64,000 nucleotides of DNA from Chiloscyllium plagiosum (GCF_004010195.1 NC_057722.1:43036229-43100228); one strand, 5' to 3'; shown: positions 13,046-25,586, counted from the first letter of the stretch. Program-made: numbers and translations. Notes: generated from the letters alone by a model not told the origin.

Positions 13046-14415
13046 ACAAAAAAATGAAACCAGACAGACTACCTGGCATCGACTTTGGAACTGGAAAAGA
13101 CAATGGCAAAAACACAAACAGCCCTGTCGACCATGCAAAGTCCTCCTTACCGACATCTGGGGGCTAATGCCAAAAATGGGAGAAGTGTCTTGTCTTTTGC
13201 ACTGGTGTGTTGGACTCCTCCATCTTTGAGGATGGGAATATTTGTGGAGTCTGCTCCTTCAGTAGTTGTTTAATTGTCCATCATCAATTACGGCTGGATG
13301 TGGAAGGACTGCAGAGATTAGGTCTAATCCATTAGTTGTAGGATCACTTAGCTCTGCGTATCACTTGCTGTTTATGCCGTTTGGCACATATGTATTCCTG
13401 TTAGGCAGCTTCGCCAGGTGACACCTTATTTTTAGGTATGCCTGATGCTGCTCCTAGCATGCTCTCCTGCACTCTCCATTGAACCAGGGTTGATCTCCTG
13501 GCTTGATAGTAATGGTTGAGTGGGGAATATGCTGGGCCATGAGGTTGCAGAATGTGCTGAAGTACAGTTCTGCTACTGTTGATGGCCCACAGCATCTCAC
13601 GGATGCCCAGTCTCGAACTGCTAGATCGGTTCGAAGTCTGTCCCATCTAGCACAGTGATAGTGCCAAACAACACGATGGAGGTTATTCTCAATGTAAAGG
13701 CGGAACTTCATCTCCACAAGGACAGTGCAGTGGTCACTTTTACCTATACTGTCATGGACAGATGCTTTTGCAATCGGTAGATTAGTAAGAATGAGGTCAA
13801 GTATATTTTTCCCTTGTTGGTTCCTTCACCATCTGCCGCAGATCCAATCCAGCAGTTATATCCTTTAGGACCCTCCCAGATCAATCAGTAATGCTGCTGC
13901 TGAGCCACTCTTGGTAGTGGGCATTGAATCCACCTAACCAGAGTACATTTTGTGCCCTTGCCAACCTCAGTGCTTCCTCTAAGTGTTGTTCAACATGGAG
14001 GAGTACTGTTTCATCAGCTGAAGGAGGACAGTACATGGCAACCAATAGGAGGTTTCCTTGCCCATGTTTAACCTGACCACATGAAATTTCAAGGACTCTC
14101 AGGGCAACTACCTCCCAATTGTATACCCCTGTGCCACCAGCTATGCTGGGTCTGTCCTACCAGTGGGACAAGACATATCCAGGGATCGTAATGGTGGTAT
14201 CTGGGGCATTATCAGTAAGGTATGATTCTATAAGAATGACAATGTCAGGCTGTTGCTTGACCAGTCTGTGAGACACTTCTCCCATTTTTGGCATTAGCCC
14301 CCAGATGTCGGTAAGGAGGACTTTGCATGGTCGACAGGGCTGTTTGTGTTTTTGCCATTGTCTTTTCCAGTTCCAAAGTCGATGCCAGGTAGTCTGTCTG
14401 GTTTCATTTTTTTGT
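13046..14415. repeat. Perfect 145-bp inverted repeat (13046-13190 / 14271-14415)
   Basis: Base-by-base reverse complement with no mismatch found by eye. Confidence 0.92.
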
Positions 14416-14597
14416 TGTGATTTTCTAACAATTGATACAACTGGGTGGCTTGCTAGGCTTTTTCAGAAGGCAGTTGAGAGTCAACCACATTGCTGTGGCT
14501 CAGGAGTCACATGTAGGACAAATCAGGTAAGAATGGTAGATTTCCTTCCCTGAAGGACATTAGAGAAGCTTCAGAAGTATGAAGGTCTCCAGTCCAA

Positions 14598-15345
14598 AAA
14601 CAATCATTTGCTACCACCCTGTCTTGCACCATCAAACCAATTTTGAATCCAGTTGGCAAGCTTTCCCTGAATGCTGTGTGATCTAGCTTTACTAACTAGA
14701 ATACAATGCAGAACCTTGTCAAGGTCTTTACTAAAGTCCATGTAAGCAACATCTATTGCTCTGCCCCTGTCTATCTTCTTGGTCATGTCCTCAAAAAAAC
14801 TCATTCGAATTTATGTGACATGATGTCACGCACACAAAGCCATGCTGAATATCCCTAATCAGTCCCAGCCTCTCCAAATACATGTGAATCCTATCTCTCA
14901 GAATCTCCTCCACTAACTTACCCACCATTGATGTCAGACTTAACTATCTACAGTTCCCTGGCCTCTCCTTGCAGCCTTTCTTATATAAAGGCCCAACATT
15001 TGAAGATCTTGAGTGGCCTGGTGCTAATTTCACTGGGTTAGTAATCAAATATATTGGTTCAAATCCCACTAGCAGGTGGTGAAATGTGAATTCAATAAAA
15101 ATCTGGGATTTTAAAAAAAGCTATTAAACTGTAATCACTATCACTTATTAGGCAGCCACTAGTCCTTCAACATCTCATATACAGCTGTATATATTATAAA
15201 TATCTCTGCTAGGAACCCCTCAATTTCTTCCATAACCTTCCACAGCATCCTGGAGATTTATTCACCTTTAAGTTTTTAAAACCTCCAGCACTTCCTCTAC
15301 TGTTTTCACAATATCAATATTTATTTCCTGAGTTCGCTAGCTTCC
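14598..15345 (-). mobile_element. CR1 RT fragments, interrupted by a plus-strand tRNA-like SINE head at about 15010-15115
   Basis: ORF 14604-14804 FFEDMTKKIDRGRAIDVAYMDFSKDLDKV. gagtggcctggtg...ggttcaaatccc at 15011-15067 resembles A/B boxes. Confidence 0.8.
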
Positions 15346-15349
15346 ATGT

Positions 15350-15487
15350 TTTTATTAATTCATAAAGTGTGGGCATTGCTAGCTAGGCTAATATATGTTG
15401 TCAATCCCTAATTGCCTACAGGGCAGTTAAGAGTCAACCACCTTGCTGTGGTTCTGAAGTTACATATAGGCCGGACCAAGTAAGAAT
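15350..15487 (-). mobile_element. Deu-domain (SacSINE1-like) SINE, 3' half, cut by a CR1 insertion
   Basis: LINE-B tail (...atccctaattgcc) joined to agggcagttaagagtcaaccac... Confidence 0.75.
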
Positions 15488-15489
15488 AA

Positions 15490-17050
15490 GAACAAAGAAC
15501 AAAGAAAATCTACAGCCTAGGAAAAGGCCCTTCGGCCCTCCAAGCCTGAGCCGATCCAAATGTACTGTCTAAACCTGCTGGTCAATTCCTAAACATCTGT
15601 ATCCCTCTACTCCTCACCTACTCATGAAATTATGCAGACACATCTTAAATGACTCTACCGTGCCTGCCTCTACCACCTCTGCTGGCAATGTGTTCCAAAT
15701 GCCCACCACCCTCTGTGTGAAGTACTTGCTGCATGTATCCCCCTTAAACTTTCCACCTCTCACCTTGAAAGTGTGACCTTGCGTTCTTGAATCCTTCAGC
15801 CTGGGAAAAAGCTTGTCTCTAGCCACCCTGTCTATACTCGTCGGAATTTTATAAACCTCAATCAGGTCCCCCCTCAATCTCCTTTTTTCTAATGAAAATA
15901 AACCCAACCTACTCAACCTTACTTCATAGCTAGCACCTTCCATACCAGGCAACATCTTCATAAACCTTCTCTGCATCCTCGCCAAAGCGTCCACATCCTT
16001 TTGGTAATGTGGCAACCAGAATTGTACACAGTATTCTAAATGTGCCCGAACCAATGTCTTGTATAATGTTAACATGATTTGCTAGCTCTTATACTCAATA
16101 CCCCGCCCAATGAAGGCAAGCATACTATATGCCTTCTTGACCACTCTATCCACCTGTCCAGCAACCTTCAGGGTACAATGGACCTGCACTCCCAAATCTC
16201 TCTGCCCATCAACTTTTCCCAAGGCTCTTCCGTTCTTTGTATAATTCGCTCTGGAATTAGACTTGCCTAAATGCATCACCTCACATTTGTCTGGATTGAA
16301 AACCATCTGCCACTTTTCCACCCAACTCTCCAGTGTATCTATATCCTCCTGTATTCTCTGACAGTCCCTTATGCTTTCTGCTACTCCATCAATCTTTGTG
16401 TCACCTGCAAACTTGCTGACGTACCAACAGTGCCCTCTTCCAGATCGTTTATGTATATTACAAGCAACAGTGGTCCCAGCACTGACCCCTGTGGAACACC
16501 ACTGGCACCTTACTCCATTTTGAGAAACTCTCTTCAACTATTACTTTCTGTCTCCTGTTTCTCAAGCAGTTCTTTATCCACCAAGCTGGAACACCCTGTA
16601 CGCCATATGACTTCACTTTCTCCATTAGTTTACCAAGGGGAACCTTATCAAATACCTTATTAACATCCATGTATATGACATCAACAGCCCTTCCTTTATC
16701 TATCAACTTGGTCACTTCCTCAAAGAACTCTATTAATTTAGTAAGGCACGATCTCCCCCGCACAAACCATGTTGCCTATCACTGATAAGCCCATTCTTTT
16801 CTAAATATAAATAGATCCTATCCCTCCATATCTTCTCCAGCAACTTTCCCACCACCGATGTCAGGCTCACTGGTCTGTAGTTACCCGGAATATCCCTACT
16901 ACCCTTCTTGTACAGGGGACAACATGAGCAACCCTCCAGTCCATCAGCACCTCACCTGTATTTAAGGATGCCACAAAGATATCTGTCAGGACCTCAGCTA
17001 TTTCCTCTCTCGCCTCCCTCAGCAACCTGGGATAGATTTGTCCACCTTAA
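15490..17050 (-). mobile_element. 5'-truncated CR1 LINE (RT to 3' tail)
   Basis: ORFs contain GRSCLTKLIEFFEEVT, SKFAGDTKI, WQMVFNPDKCEVMH and LYKTLVRAHLEYCVQFW. Tail (aacaaag)2 at 15491-15504 on the plus strand. Confidence 0.95.
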
Positions 17051-17052
17051 TA

Positions 17053-17250
17053 TGCAGGTACAGTTATGCAGGTACAGTTACAGCATTTAAAAGACATTTG
17101 GGCAGGTACATGAATAGGAAAGCATTAGAGGGATATGGGCCAAATGCAGGCTGATGGAACTAGTTTAGTTTGGTTTAGTTTGGAAACAAGGTCGGCATGG
17201 ATGTGTTGGACCTAAGGGTCTGGTTCTGTGCTGTATAACTTTATGCTATG
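17053..17250 (+). mobile_element. Short CR1 3' end
   Basis: GTVTAFKRHLGRYMNRKALEGYGPNAG followed by a CR1 3' UTR. Confidence 0.8.
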
Positions 17251-17634
17251 AAGATAGAAGTTTACCGAGTTTCTGATAATGCAAGTGTAGGTGTTAAAAG
17301 TCAGAAAAATGGTGAACTATGTTTCAGTATTTATAAATAGGGGATAAAAAAATGGTAAATCCAATAAGGAACTTTTCAGAGACTTGAGATAATTCTGTGC
17401 CCATGGAGAAATTTCAGTTTGCCTGACAATCAGCAACCACATTAGCCATCTTTTAATGTTCAACTTAAAAGATAAGACCATTCCAGAAAATTTTATATGA
17501 AATACGGTCCACAGTTTAAAGTTATAAATGTGATATGCCTTTACTAGGCATGATAATGGTGTAATGATGGGAGGACAGATAGGTGTGGAGAGCAGATTCA
17601 TTCTGCATGAAGCTACTGCCATCTCCTTCAGCAG

Positions 17635-17853
17635 GGAGAAAGTGAGGACTGCAGATGCTAGGGATCAGAGCTGAAAAATGTGTTGCTGGAAAAGCACAGC
17701 AGGTCAGGCAGCATCCACGGAGCAGGAGAATCGACGTTTCGGGCATAAGCCCTTCTTCAGGAATTCCTGAAGAAGGGCTTATGCCTGAAACATCGATTCT
17801 CCTGCTCCTTGGATGCTGCCTGACCTGCTGCGCTTTTCCAGCAACACATTTTT
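17635..17853. mobile_element. Palindromic PLE pLTR insertion C with 15-bp TSD (1 mismatch) and hammerhead motifs on both strands
   Basis: Palindrome centred on GAATTC at 17761-17766. TSD catctccttcagcag (17620-17634) versus catctccctcagcag (17854-17868). Confidence 0.93.
17733..17760 (-). ncRNA. Minimal hammerhead ribozyme motif
   Basis: Minus strand CUGAAGA-A-GGGC(UUAU)GCCC-GAAAC-GUC. The mirror copy on + at 17767-17794 carries two CpG-decay changes. Confidence 0.75.
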
Positions 17854-18194
17854 CATCTCCCTCAGCAGCACTTCAACAATCCTACTAATTCATTTGGGAA
17901 TTGATTAATGGATTTCATGGACACTTTTCAAGCCACATGTTGTAATCCACAGTCATGAAGTAGCAGTCAGAGCCTACAAGATAGCAAGCTGATCTTACAT
18001 ATCTTCAATCTGGCTTCATGCTGCAGTATTCAGACATTGATTTGGTTTCAGCTTGTACTACCATGGAAAGAGCAACATTGACCTTCATAGGTTGCATCAT
18101 GCTTGGATGTTAATGGAGTTGATCATCATTTGTATAATGAAGAGGAAAAGTTCAACCACCGTGCACAGCACTGTATGAGTTACTCAGGTATTTA

Positions 18195-18462
18195 AGAGGA
18201 CAGTTAACCACTTTGCTGTACGCTGGGTTTATATATAAATCAGATTGCATAAAGACATTGGGTTCTCTTCCCTAAAGGGTAGAGTGAACCTGTTGGGTTT
18301 TATAATAATTTAGTTGTTTCATGGTCACCATTTATTGATAAAAAGTTATTTTCTCAATTTATTAACTTTCCCAGTTGCTGTTGAGGAATTTGAACTCATA
18401 TTTCTGGATTACCAGCCATGGATTATGAATTAGGATACCAGGAATATGTCGACTATGCTATT
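18195..18462 (-). mobile_element. Old, diverged Deu-domain SINE
   Basis: Collinear similarity to 41730-42016 (ttccctaaagg...gtgaacc...ttcatggtcacc...gaatttgaactc...tctggatta). Confidence 0.6.
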
Positions 18463-19533
18463 GTATCCTAGTTGTCCTGTCTTACTTAGATATGTATCAC
18501 ATTAGGTTGATTTCTGCAATCTTTAGGGCATACCCAACTTATGCAAATGGATCAGCCACCAACAGCTCCATTAAAACAAGAAGTTGGACACAGACCATAC
18601 TAATACTAAAAGACTTAAAGATTTATACTCCAAAACCACAATGTCTGGGGTTATTAGGTCTTCCCATTGAAATTGTTCTTTAGTAAAATTAACAGAATGA
18701 CTTTATTAAATGATAGTCTGAGTTTCTACCATTTTGAAGCTTTTGGAAAATGAATGCAAATGACCAATAATTTTTTTATTTTACACAATTATGTCAAGCT
18801 TTTGCTGAAATAAATGATAGTGAGCAGAATGATACCGTGGAAATCAAAGGAAGAATAAAATCAAGACAAATGCATTCACAGATTGTGGTATCCATTTGGA
18901 TTTTGTGGTTTATTGTTTGATTGGTTATGAGTTAATTGCCTGTAAATCATCAACTACTTATTGGAAATTATGTTGATAAACAAACTGCAAAGATGACAAT
19001 TAGTGGTTACTCATCATTTACTATAGAAAACTTGATGGTGCATTAAAAGGTGTTATTTACTTCCTCATGTTGATTTTCCATCTGCTTAGTGTAGCAAAAG
19101 AAAACAACAGCAGCAGTACATCATTTTATGGATACACAGTTCAAATATATCATTTAAGAACAAATGAGAATTTCACCTGAGGTGTACTTTGAGTGGGAAT
19201 GCCCAACCTGGGAAATAGCCAAAACTCTCATGATGCAGGTAAGGAGAGGTTCATCTGTGCCTGCTGCATATGTTATATTAAACTCAATTTAATAAATAGA
19301 AAACTGATGACGACTGACCATTTCCCCCACTCTTTAATGTCCAATCAGTTTGTGAACAAGAAGTTGATGCAATGTTCAGTGTATGCTACGCAATCAAAAA
19401 TGCTGGTCTCCCAAATCAGGATCATTGCTTTCTGCCATGGATCTTCATGTAGTGGAACAAGTTGACTTTTGATCCCAGATTTCGAACATTAGCAAGACAT
19501 GCCATGTGACAGTGTGATCCTGAGTAGAGGTTT

Positions 19534-19868
19534 TCATAGAATCCCTACAGTCAGAAAAGAGATCATTCAGCTCATTGATTCTACACCAACCCTCTGAAGA
19601 ACATTCCAGCCAATCTCAGTAATGCCACATTACCTTGCACAATCCACCTAGCTTGCACATCCCGGGATACTACAAACAATTTAGCATGGCCAATCCAACT
19701 AACCTGCACGCGTTTGGACTGTGAAAGAAAACCAGAGCACCCAACAAATCCACACAGCCATGGGGAGAATGTGCAAATGCTGCAGAAACAGTCACTGAGG
19801 CTTGATTTGAACGCAGGCCCTTGGTGCTGTGAGGCAGCAGTGCTAACCAGCAAGCCACTGTGCTGTCC
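19534..19868 (-). mobile_element. HE1-like tRNA-derived V-SINE (diverged)
   Basis: Matches the reverse complement of 33435-33746. Confidence 0.85.
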
Positions 19869-20953
19869 ATTTGCAGGTTCTCCCAGTTCTTGTTCAATGT
19901 TGTAAAAGATGGCCACGGAGACTCATTTATTCAAGAGAACCAAATACGTTTCATTCCCCCATACTACAGTGAAACAAATGAAGGGAACATACAGTTTGAC
20001 AAGGATAGCAAGCTAGTCTCTGGTGCAGGGTGCTATTGACTTCACAAACATTACTTTTTGTGAGTTGCACATGAATTTACAGATGTATCACAGGTGGAAA
20101 GCTTTGATTTAATTGTCTGGATGTCCAGGTTCACCATGTGCAGTGCTTCATGCACATCCATACTTGGTATCCTGGCAATAATGATGACACCTCCATTCTG
20201 TGACAGTCCACTACACAATTTGCCTTTACTGGGCATAACATGCCTCACACTTCTGTGAGTCCAAGTGCAAAACCAGAGAGTGGTAATAACAACAGCTGTA
20301 AACATTAGACATTGGGTTGACATAGAGAGGTTTTTGTTGTCAAACGTTTCCTAATGTGATCTTTAGAAAGCTGAGCTGGCACAGCTGATTCAGTATTAGA
20401 TCTCCTTGTTAATGCTAACTGTTCAACAAAATGGCCACCAAGGTATATTAAGTGCTCAATATTTTCCAGAAACCTTCAACATACATAGGAGGTCGAACAT
20501 TTGACTGATCAGATCAAATACATGAATTTGTTTTAGTAGCATTCAAAGATTGGCTGACACCCTTGTATATAGAAATAAAGGGTTCAAGAGTATTTTGTAA
20601 ATCTAGTGCTGAGTAGGCAAAGACACCTCAGTCATCTGAAAATCCTTCTACTACAGTGACACCTGAACTGTGTATCCAAGGAACATAAAAGAGCATAAGA
20701 GAACCCTGAATGGTTTTTCAGGGGTACAGCATAGATGTATTTGAAATGAAGATAGAAAACAACAAAGGGAGAAAAGAATAGAAGCATATGTTGATTGGAT
20801 TAGATGAAGTAAGTTGAGAGGAGACGAATGTGAGGAGCATAAATAAACCTAAATGTACTATATGTTAGATCTAGTTCTTTGTAAATATGGAACAATATAT
20901 GAAATTATGATGGAATATCCAACTCTGTGATCTCACCAGAGATAATGAATTAT

Positions 20954-21242
20954 TAAATTACTTACAGTGTGGAAACAGGCTCTTCGGCCCAACAAGTCCA
21001 CACCGACCCACCGAAGCGTAACCCACCCATTCACCCCTTTTACCTAACACTATGGGCAATTTAGCATGGCCAATTCACCTGACGTGCACATCTTTGGACG
21101 TGGGAGGAAACCGGAGCACCCGGAGGAAACCCACGCAGACAATGTGCAAACTCCACAAAGTCAGTCGCCTGAATCGGGAATTGAACCCAGGTCTCTGGCG
21201 CTGTGAGGCAGCAGTGCTAACCACTGTGCCACCGTGCCACCC
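20954..21242 (-). mobile_element. HE1-like V-SINE
   Basis: A/B boxes (tggcacagtgg; gggttcaattccc), V-domain and CR1-like tail on the minus strand. Confidence 0.92.
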
Positions 21243-21621
21243 AAGGTTAGCAAGGTTAGATCTCAATGAGAAGCCTTCTGCTTGCATTGATTTTTTTTTT
21301 AACTAGCCATCAATTTATGCTGAGTAAATATGCTAGCCATTAGTTCTCTTATTTGCAGCTTTTCTTCCTTATCTATTTATTGCAATAATGCCTCACATTG
21401 TTCACCACAACTATTTAGGAAAAGATGTCATGTTTAGTAAAGTGATTTCCTGAATGGTTTACCTGCCTATTTGAATATTTATTAAAGTTCTCATTACTAA
21501 AACTGAAAAATAAAAGTATTTGCTCTTTGCATTCTAATTTTTTTCATGTTATGCGGAAATTCCATCTTATTTTGTAATTTGAATATTGCTCTGGCAGATT
21601 GCAGTTTCATCCAATTAACAA

Positions 21622-21800
21622 GTGACGTTGGTAGTGGGCAAGTTGTTGGAGGGAATCCTGAAGGACATGACGTACCTGTATTTGGAAAGGCAAGGACAGA
21701 TTAGGGATAGTCAACATGGCTTTGTGCGTGGGAAATCATGTCTCACAAACTTGATTGAGTTTTTTGAAAAAGTAGCAAAGAGGATTGATGAGGGCAGAGC
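21622..21800 (+). mobile_element. CR1 RT fragment, inverted relative to and duplicating part of the adjacent CR1
   Basis: Reads VVGKLLEGIL...SQHGFVRGKSCLTNLIEFFEKV. It is homologous to about 22089-22250 on the minus strand. Confidence 0.9.
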
Positions 21801-23671
21801 TGTCCACTACACCTCCAATTTCGGTGTCATCTCCAAACTTACTAACTGAACCTCTTATGCTTGCATCCAAATCATTTATGTAAATGACAAAGTTAGAGGA
21901 CCCAGCACCGATCCTTATAGCACTCCACTGGTCACAGACCTCCAGTCTGAAAAACAACCCTCCACCACCACCCTTTGTCTTCTACCTTCGAGCCAGTTCT
22001 GTATCCACATGGCTGGTTCTCCCTGTAATCCATGAGATCTAACCTTGCTAACCAGTCTCACTTGGGGAACCTTGTTGAATGCCTATTGCTCTGCCCTCAT
22101 CAATCCTCTTTGTTACTTCCTCAAAAAACTCAATCAAGTTTGTGAGACATGAAGCCATGTTGACTATCCCTAATCAGTCCTTGCCTTTCCAAGTACATGA
22201 ACATCCTGTCCCTCAGGATTCCCTCCAACAACTTGCCCACTACCAACATCAGGGTCACTGGTCTATAGTTCCCTGGCTTGTCCTTAACACCTTTCTTAGC
22301 CAACTTCCAGTCTTCCGGCACCTCACCTGTGACTATTAATGATACAAATATCTCAGCAAGAGGCCCAGCAATCACTTCTCTAGCTTCCCATCGAGTTCTA
22401 GGGTACACCTGATCAGATCCTGGGGATCTATCCACCTTTACCCATTTCAAGACATCCAGCACTTCCTCCTCTGTAATCTGGACATTTTGCAAGGTGTCAC
22501 AATCTATTTTGCTACTTTCTATATCTTCCATATCCTTTCCCACAATAAGTACTGATGCAAAATACTCATTCGGTATCTCCCCCATTTTCTGCGGCTCCAA
22601 ACAAAGGCTGCCTTACTGATCTTTGAGCGGCCCCATTCTCTCCCTCGTTACCCTTTTGTCCTTAATATACTTGTAAAATCCCTTTGGATTCTCCTTAATT
22701 CTATTTGCCAAAGCTATCTCATGTCCCCTTTTTGCCGTCCTGATTTCCCTCTGAAGTATACTCCTACTTTCTTTATACTCTTCTAAGGATTCACTCAATC
22801 TATCCTGACTATACCTTATATGTGCTTCCTTCTTTTTCTTAACCAAACCCTCAATTTCTTTAGTCATCCAGCATTCCCTATACCTACCAGCCTTTCCTTT
22901 CACCCTAACAGGAATATACTTTATTTGGATTTTCGTTATCTCATTTCTGAAGGCTTCCCATTTTCCAGCCGTCCCTTTACCTGCGAACATCTGCCCCCAA
23001 TCAGCATTCGAAAGTTCTTACCTAATACAGTCAAAATTGGCCTTTCTCCAATTTAGAACTTCAACTTTTAGATCTGGTCTATCCTTTTCCATCACTATTT
23101 TACATCTAATAGTCTTATGGTTCTCCCCCACTGACACCTCAGTCATCTGCCCTGCCTTACTTTCCAAGAGTAGGTCAAGTTTTGCACCTTCTCTAATAGG
23201 TACATCCACATACTGAATCAGAAAATTGTTTTGTACACACTTAACAAATTCCTCTCCATCTAAACCCTTAATACTATGGCAGTCCAAGTCTATGTTTGGA
23301 AAGTTAAAATCCCCTACCATGACCACCCTATTATTCTTATAGATAGTTGAGATCTCCTTACAAGTTTGTTCCTCAATTTCACTCTATTAGGGGGTCTCTA
23401 ATACAATCCCAATAAGGTGATCATCCCTTTCCTATTTCTCAGTTACACCTAAATAACTTCCCTGGATGTAATTCCAGGAATATCCTCCCTCAGCACAGCT
23501 GTAATGTAATCCCTTATCAAAAATGCCACTCCCCCTCCTCTCTTGCCTCCCTTTCTATCCTTCCTATAGCATTTGTAACCTGGATCATTAAGCTGCAAGT
23601 CCTGTCCATCCCTGAGCCATGTTTCTGTAATTGCTATGATATCCCAGTCCCATGTTCCTAACCATGCCCTG

Positions 23672-23710
23672 ATTTCAACTGTCTTCCCTGTTAGGGAAGA
23701 CAGTTGAAAT
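23672..23710. repeat. Perfect 18-bp hairpin with a 3-nt loop
   Basis: atttcaactgtcttccct-gtt-agggaagacagttgaaat. Confidence 0.9.
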
Positions 23711-23874
23711 AAATGCAGTTTAATTTTTTAGTCCTACCTTGTCCCTGCCTGCCGTGACTGTTTGACTCATTTCTGTTCTCAACTGTATCAGCCTCAGATT
23801 GCTCTCTTTCCTCACTATCTCCCTGGGTCCCATTCCCCCCCCCCACCCCCCCATCCCGGCCCCCTCCCACCTTA

Positions 23875-24408
23875 CTAATTTAAATTCTCTCGAGCAGCTC
23901 TAGCAAATCTCCCTGCCAGCATATTAGTCACCATCAAATTTAGGTGCACACCGTCCTTCTTGTACAGGTCACTTCTACTCCAAAAGACATTCCAATGGTC
24001 CAAAAATGTGAATCCTCCTCCCATATACCAGCTCCTCAGCCATGCATCCATCTCCTTTATCCTCCTATTCCTGCCCTCACCAGCTCGTATCACCGGGAGT
24101 AATCCAGATATTACTACCCTTGAGGACCTCCTTTTTAAATTCCTGCCCAACTCCCTGTAATCTCCCTTCAGAATCTCAACCTTTTCCCTTCCTATGTCGT
24201 TGGTTCCAATGTGGACAATGATCTCTTGCTGGCCCCTCTCCCCCGTGAGAACATTCTGCATCCACTCTGAGACATTCTTGATCCTGGCACCAGGGAAACA
24301 ACAAACCATTCTGATTTTTCGCTGCTGGCCACAGAAATGTCTTCCTGTACCTCGGACTAGAGAGTCCCCTAACACAATTGATCTCTTGGAACTCGACGTA
24401 CTCCTCAT
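23875..24408 (-). pseudogene. CR1 ORF1p SGNH/GDSL esterase domain
   Basis: Blocks IVLGDSLVRG, CFPGARI, VHIGTND and DGVHLN. An upstream coiled-coil piece (RLERQLEAMRNLQ, 24489-24689) is in a separate ORF. Confidence 0.9.
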
Positions 24409-25586
24409 TGCATTCGAGCCAGTCTTAATACCAGAAACTTGGCTGTTCGTGCTACATTCCTCTGAGAATCCATCACCCCTTACATTTTCTAAAACAGCAT
24501 ACCTGTTGAAATGGGTATAGCCACAGAAGGTTCCTGCACTAGCTGCCCACCTCTCTTACCTTTCCTGGACTTAACCCATCTGTGTGAGTGTTTCTGAGAC
24601 TCTCCCCCCTTCCTATAACTGCCATCCATCACATACTGTTGCTGTTGCAAATTTCTCATTGCTTCTAACTGTCTCTCCAACCGATCCATTCGATCTGATA
24701 AGATTCACAACCAACAGCATTTATCTCAGATATAATCCGCAGTAACCCCTAAAGTCTCTTTAAACTCCCACATCTGTTAAGAAGCGCATATTACTCTTCT
24801 AAAGGCCATTTTTGCTCCTTCACAACCTACAGATTTATTCCTCTACAAAACACTGTCCCAGGTTAAATTAATAGTTACGGCTTATATTTTAAGTTTAATC
24901 AAGAGACATATCTCAAAAAACATATAATTCAAGAAAGAACCCACTCTACTCACTACTGCACACTTTCTGTAGGTCACACTTAAACACAATACACTTATCT
25001 GCTTCTGTGCTGTGAACTTTGCCAAAACAGTTCCTCCAAGATCCGTTGTGAATTTCACTGTTTGTTCATTTTCCCAAGCGCACTTCGATGTCCAGTGATA
25101 CATGAATTCAAACAGCAAAGGCAGTAACTGCACAGGTTCACTGCTGTGTCAGTTTCTCTCTCTCTCTCTCCAGCACTGTCCTCTTCATGTGCTTCCTTTG
25201 TTCTTCTTCCTTTTAAAACTGTTATTGTTTTGATTTTTTTTCCCCAAAGTTCCAAAATAATGCAACAGTATATAAAACAGTAATTGCCGCTCCTGGAACT
25301 CAAGGAAATCACCTCCAGCACCTAAAATGCCTCAAAAAAGGAGCAACTTTACAGCCAGAAATTTTCCCCATCCTCCATTATGTATTACCCAGAATCTTGC
25401 GTGGTGAAAAATTCAAAATCAATGCATTGTTCAAACAAAGAAAAGTTGCCTGCATTTTAGTGCTAAAAATTATTTCCTAAAGTATTCTTATTCTCAGAAA
25501 ATTTATGTTACCAATTTGTATATATCTACCATGAATTATTATGCTTTTTCTTTTCCAAATGATAAAACATGATGTTATACATGTTT

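Larger units (their letters stand above)
11168..14562 (-). mobile_element. Near-full-length decayed LINE-B (CR1/L2-group APE-RT) with SINE-like 5' region
   Basis: RT motifs GPDNI...ANYHPISLLSIISKVMEG...FGFHQGHS...TALDIKATFD (12348-12908), GLPQGNVLG, and IYKAQVRNVMEFS (11457-11723). APE start at about 14320. 14470-14562 matches the SINE body. Confidence 0.9.
21801..25396 (-). mobile_element. CR1 LINE retaining 5' UTR, ORF1, APE and RT, but lacking the 3' end
   Basis: Ordered ORF1 esterase (23875-24408), APE (VMVGDFNFPNID...LDLLL, 23018-23326), linker (NPKGFYKYI) and RT (GNYRPVTL; FVIYINDLD...SKFGDDTEIGG). Frameshifts and stops are present. Confidence 0.95.

Noticed and set aside
7747-21830. 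CR1 at 7747 (+) starts about where the CR1 at 21801 (-) ends, suggesting one element split by a 14-kb inversion
   Set aside because: The pieces overlap by about 30 bp with mismatches, and the 7747 copy sits cleanly inside an older CR1 that is continuous on both sides.
23830-23872. C-rich tract with G-quadruplex potential (similar tracts at about 34480, 42297 and 59822)
   Set aside because: Low-complexity tracts, mostly within TE spacers, with no evidence of function.
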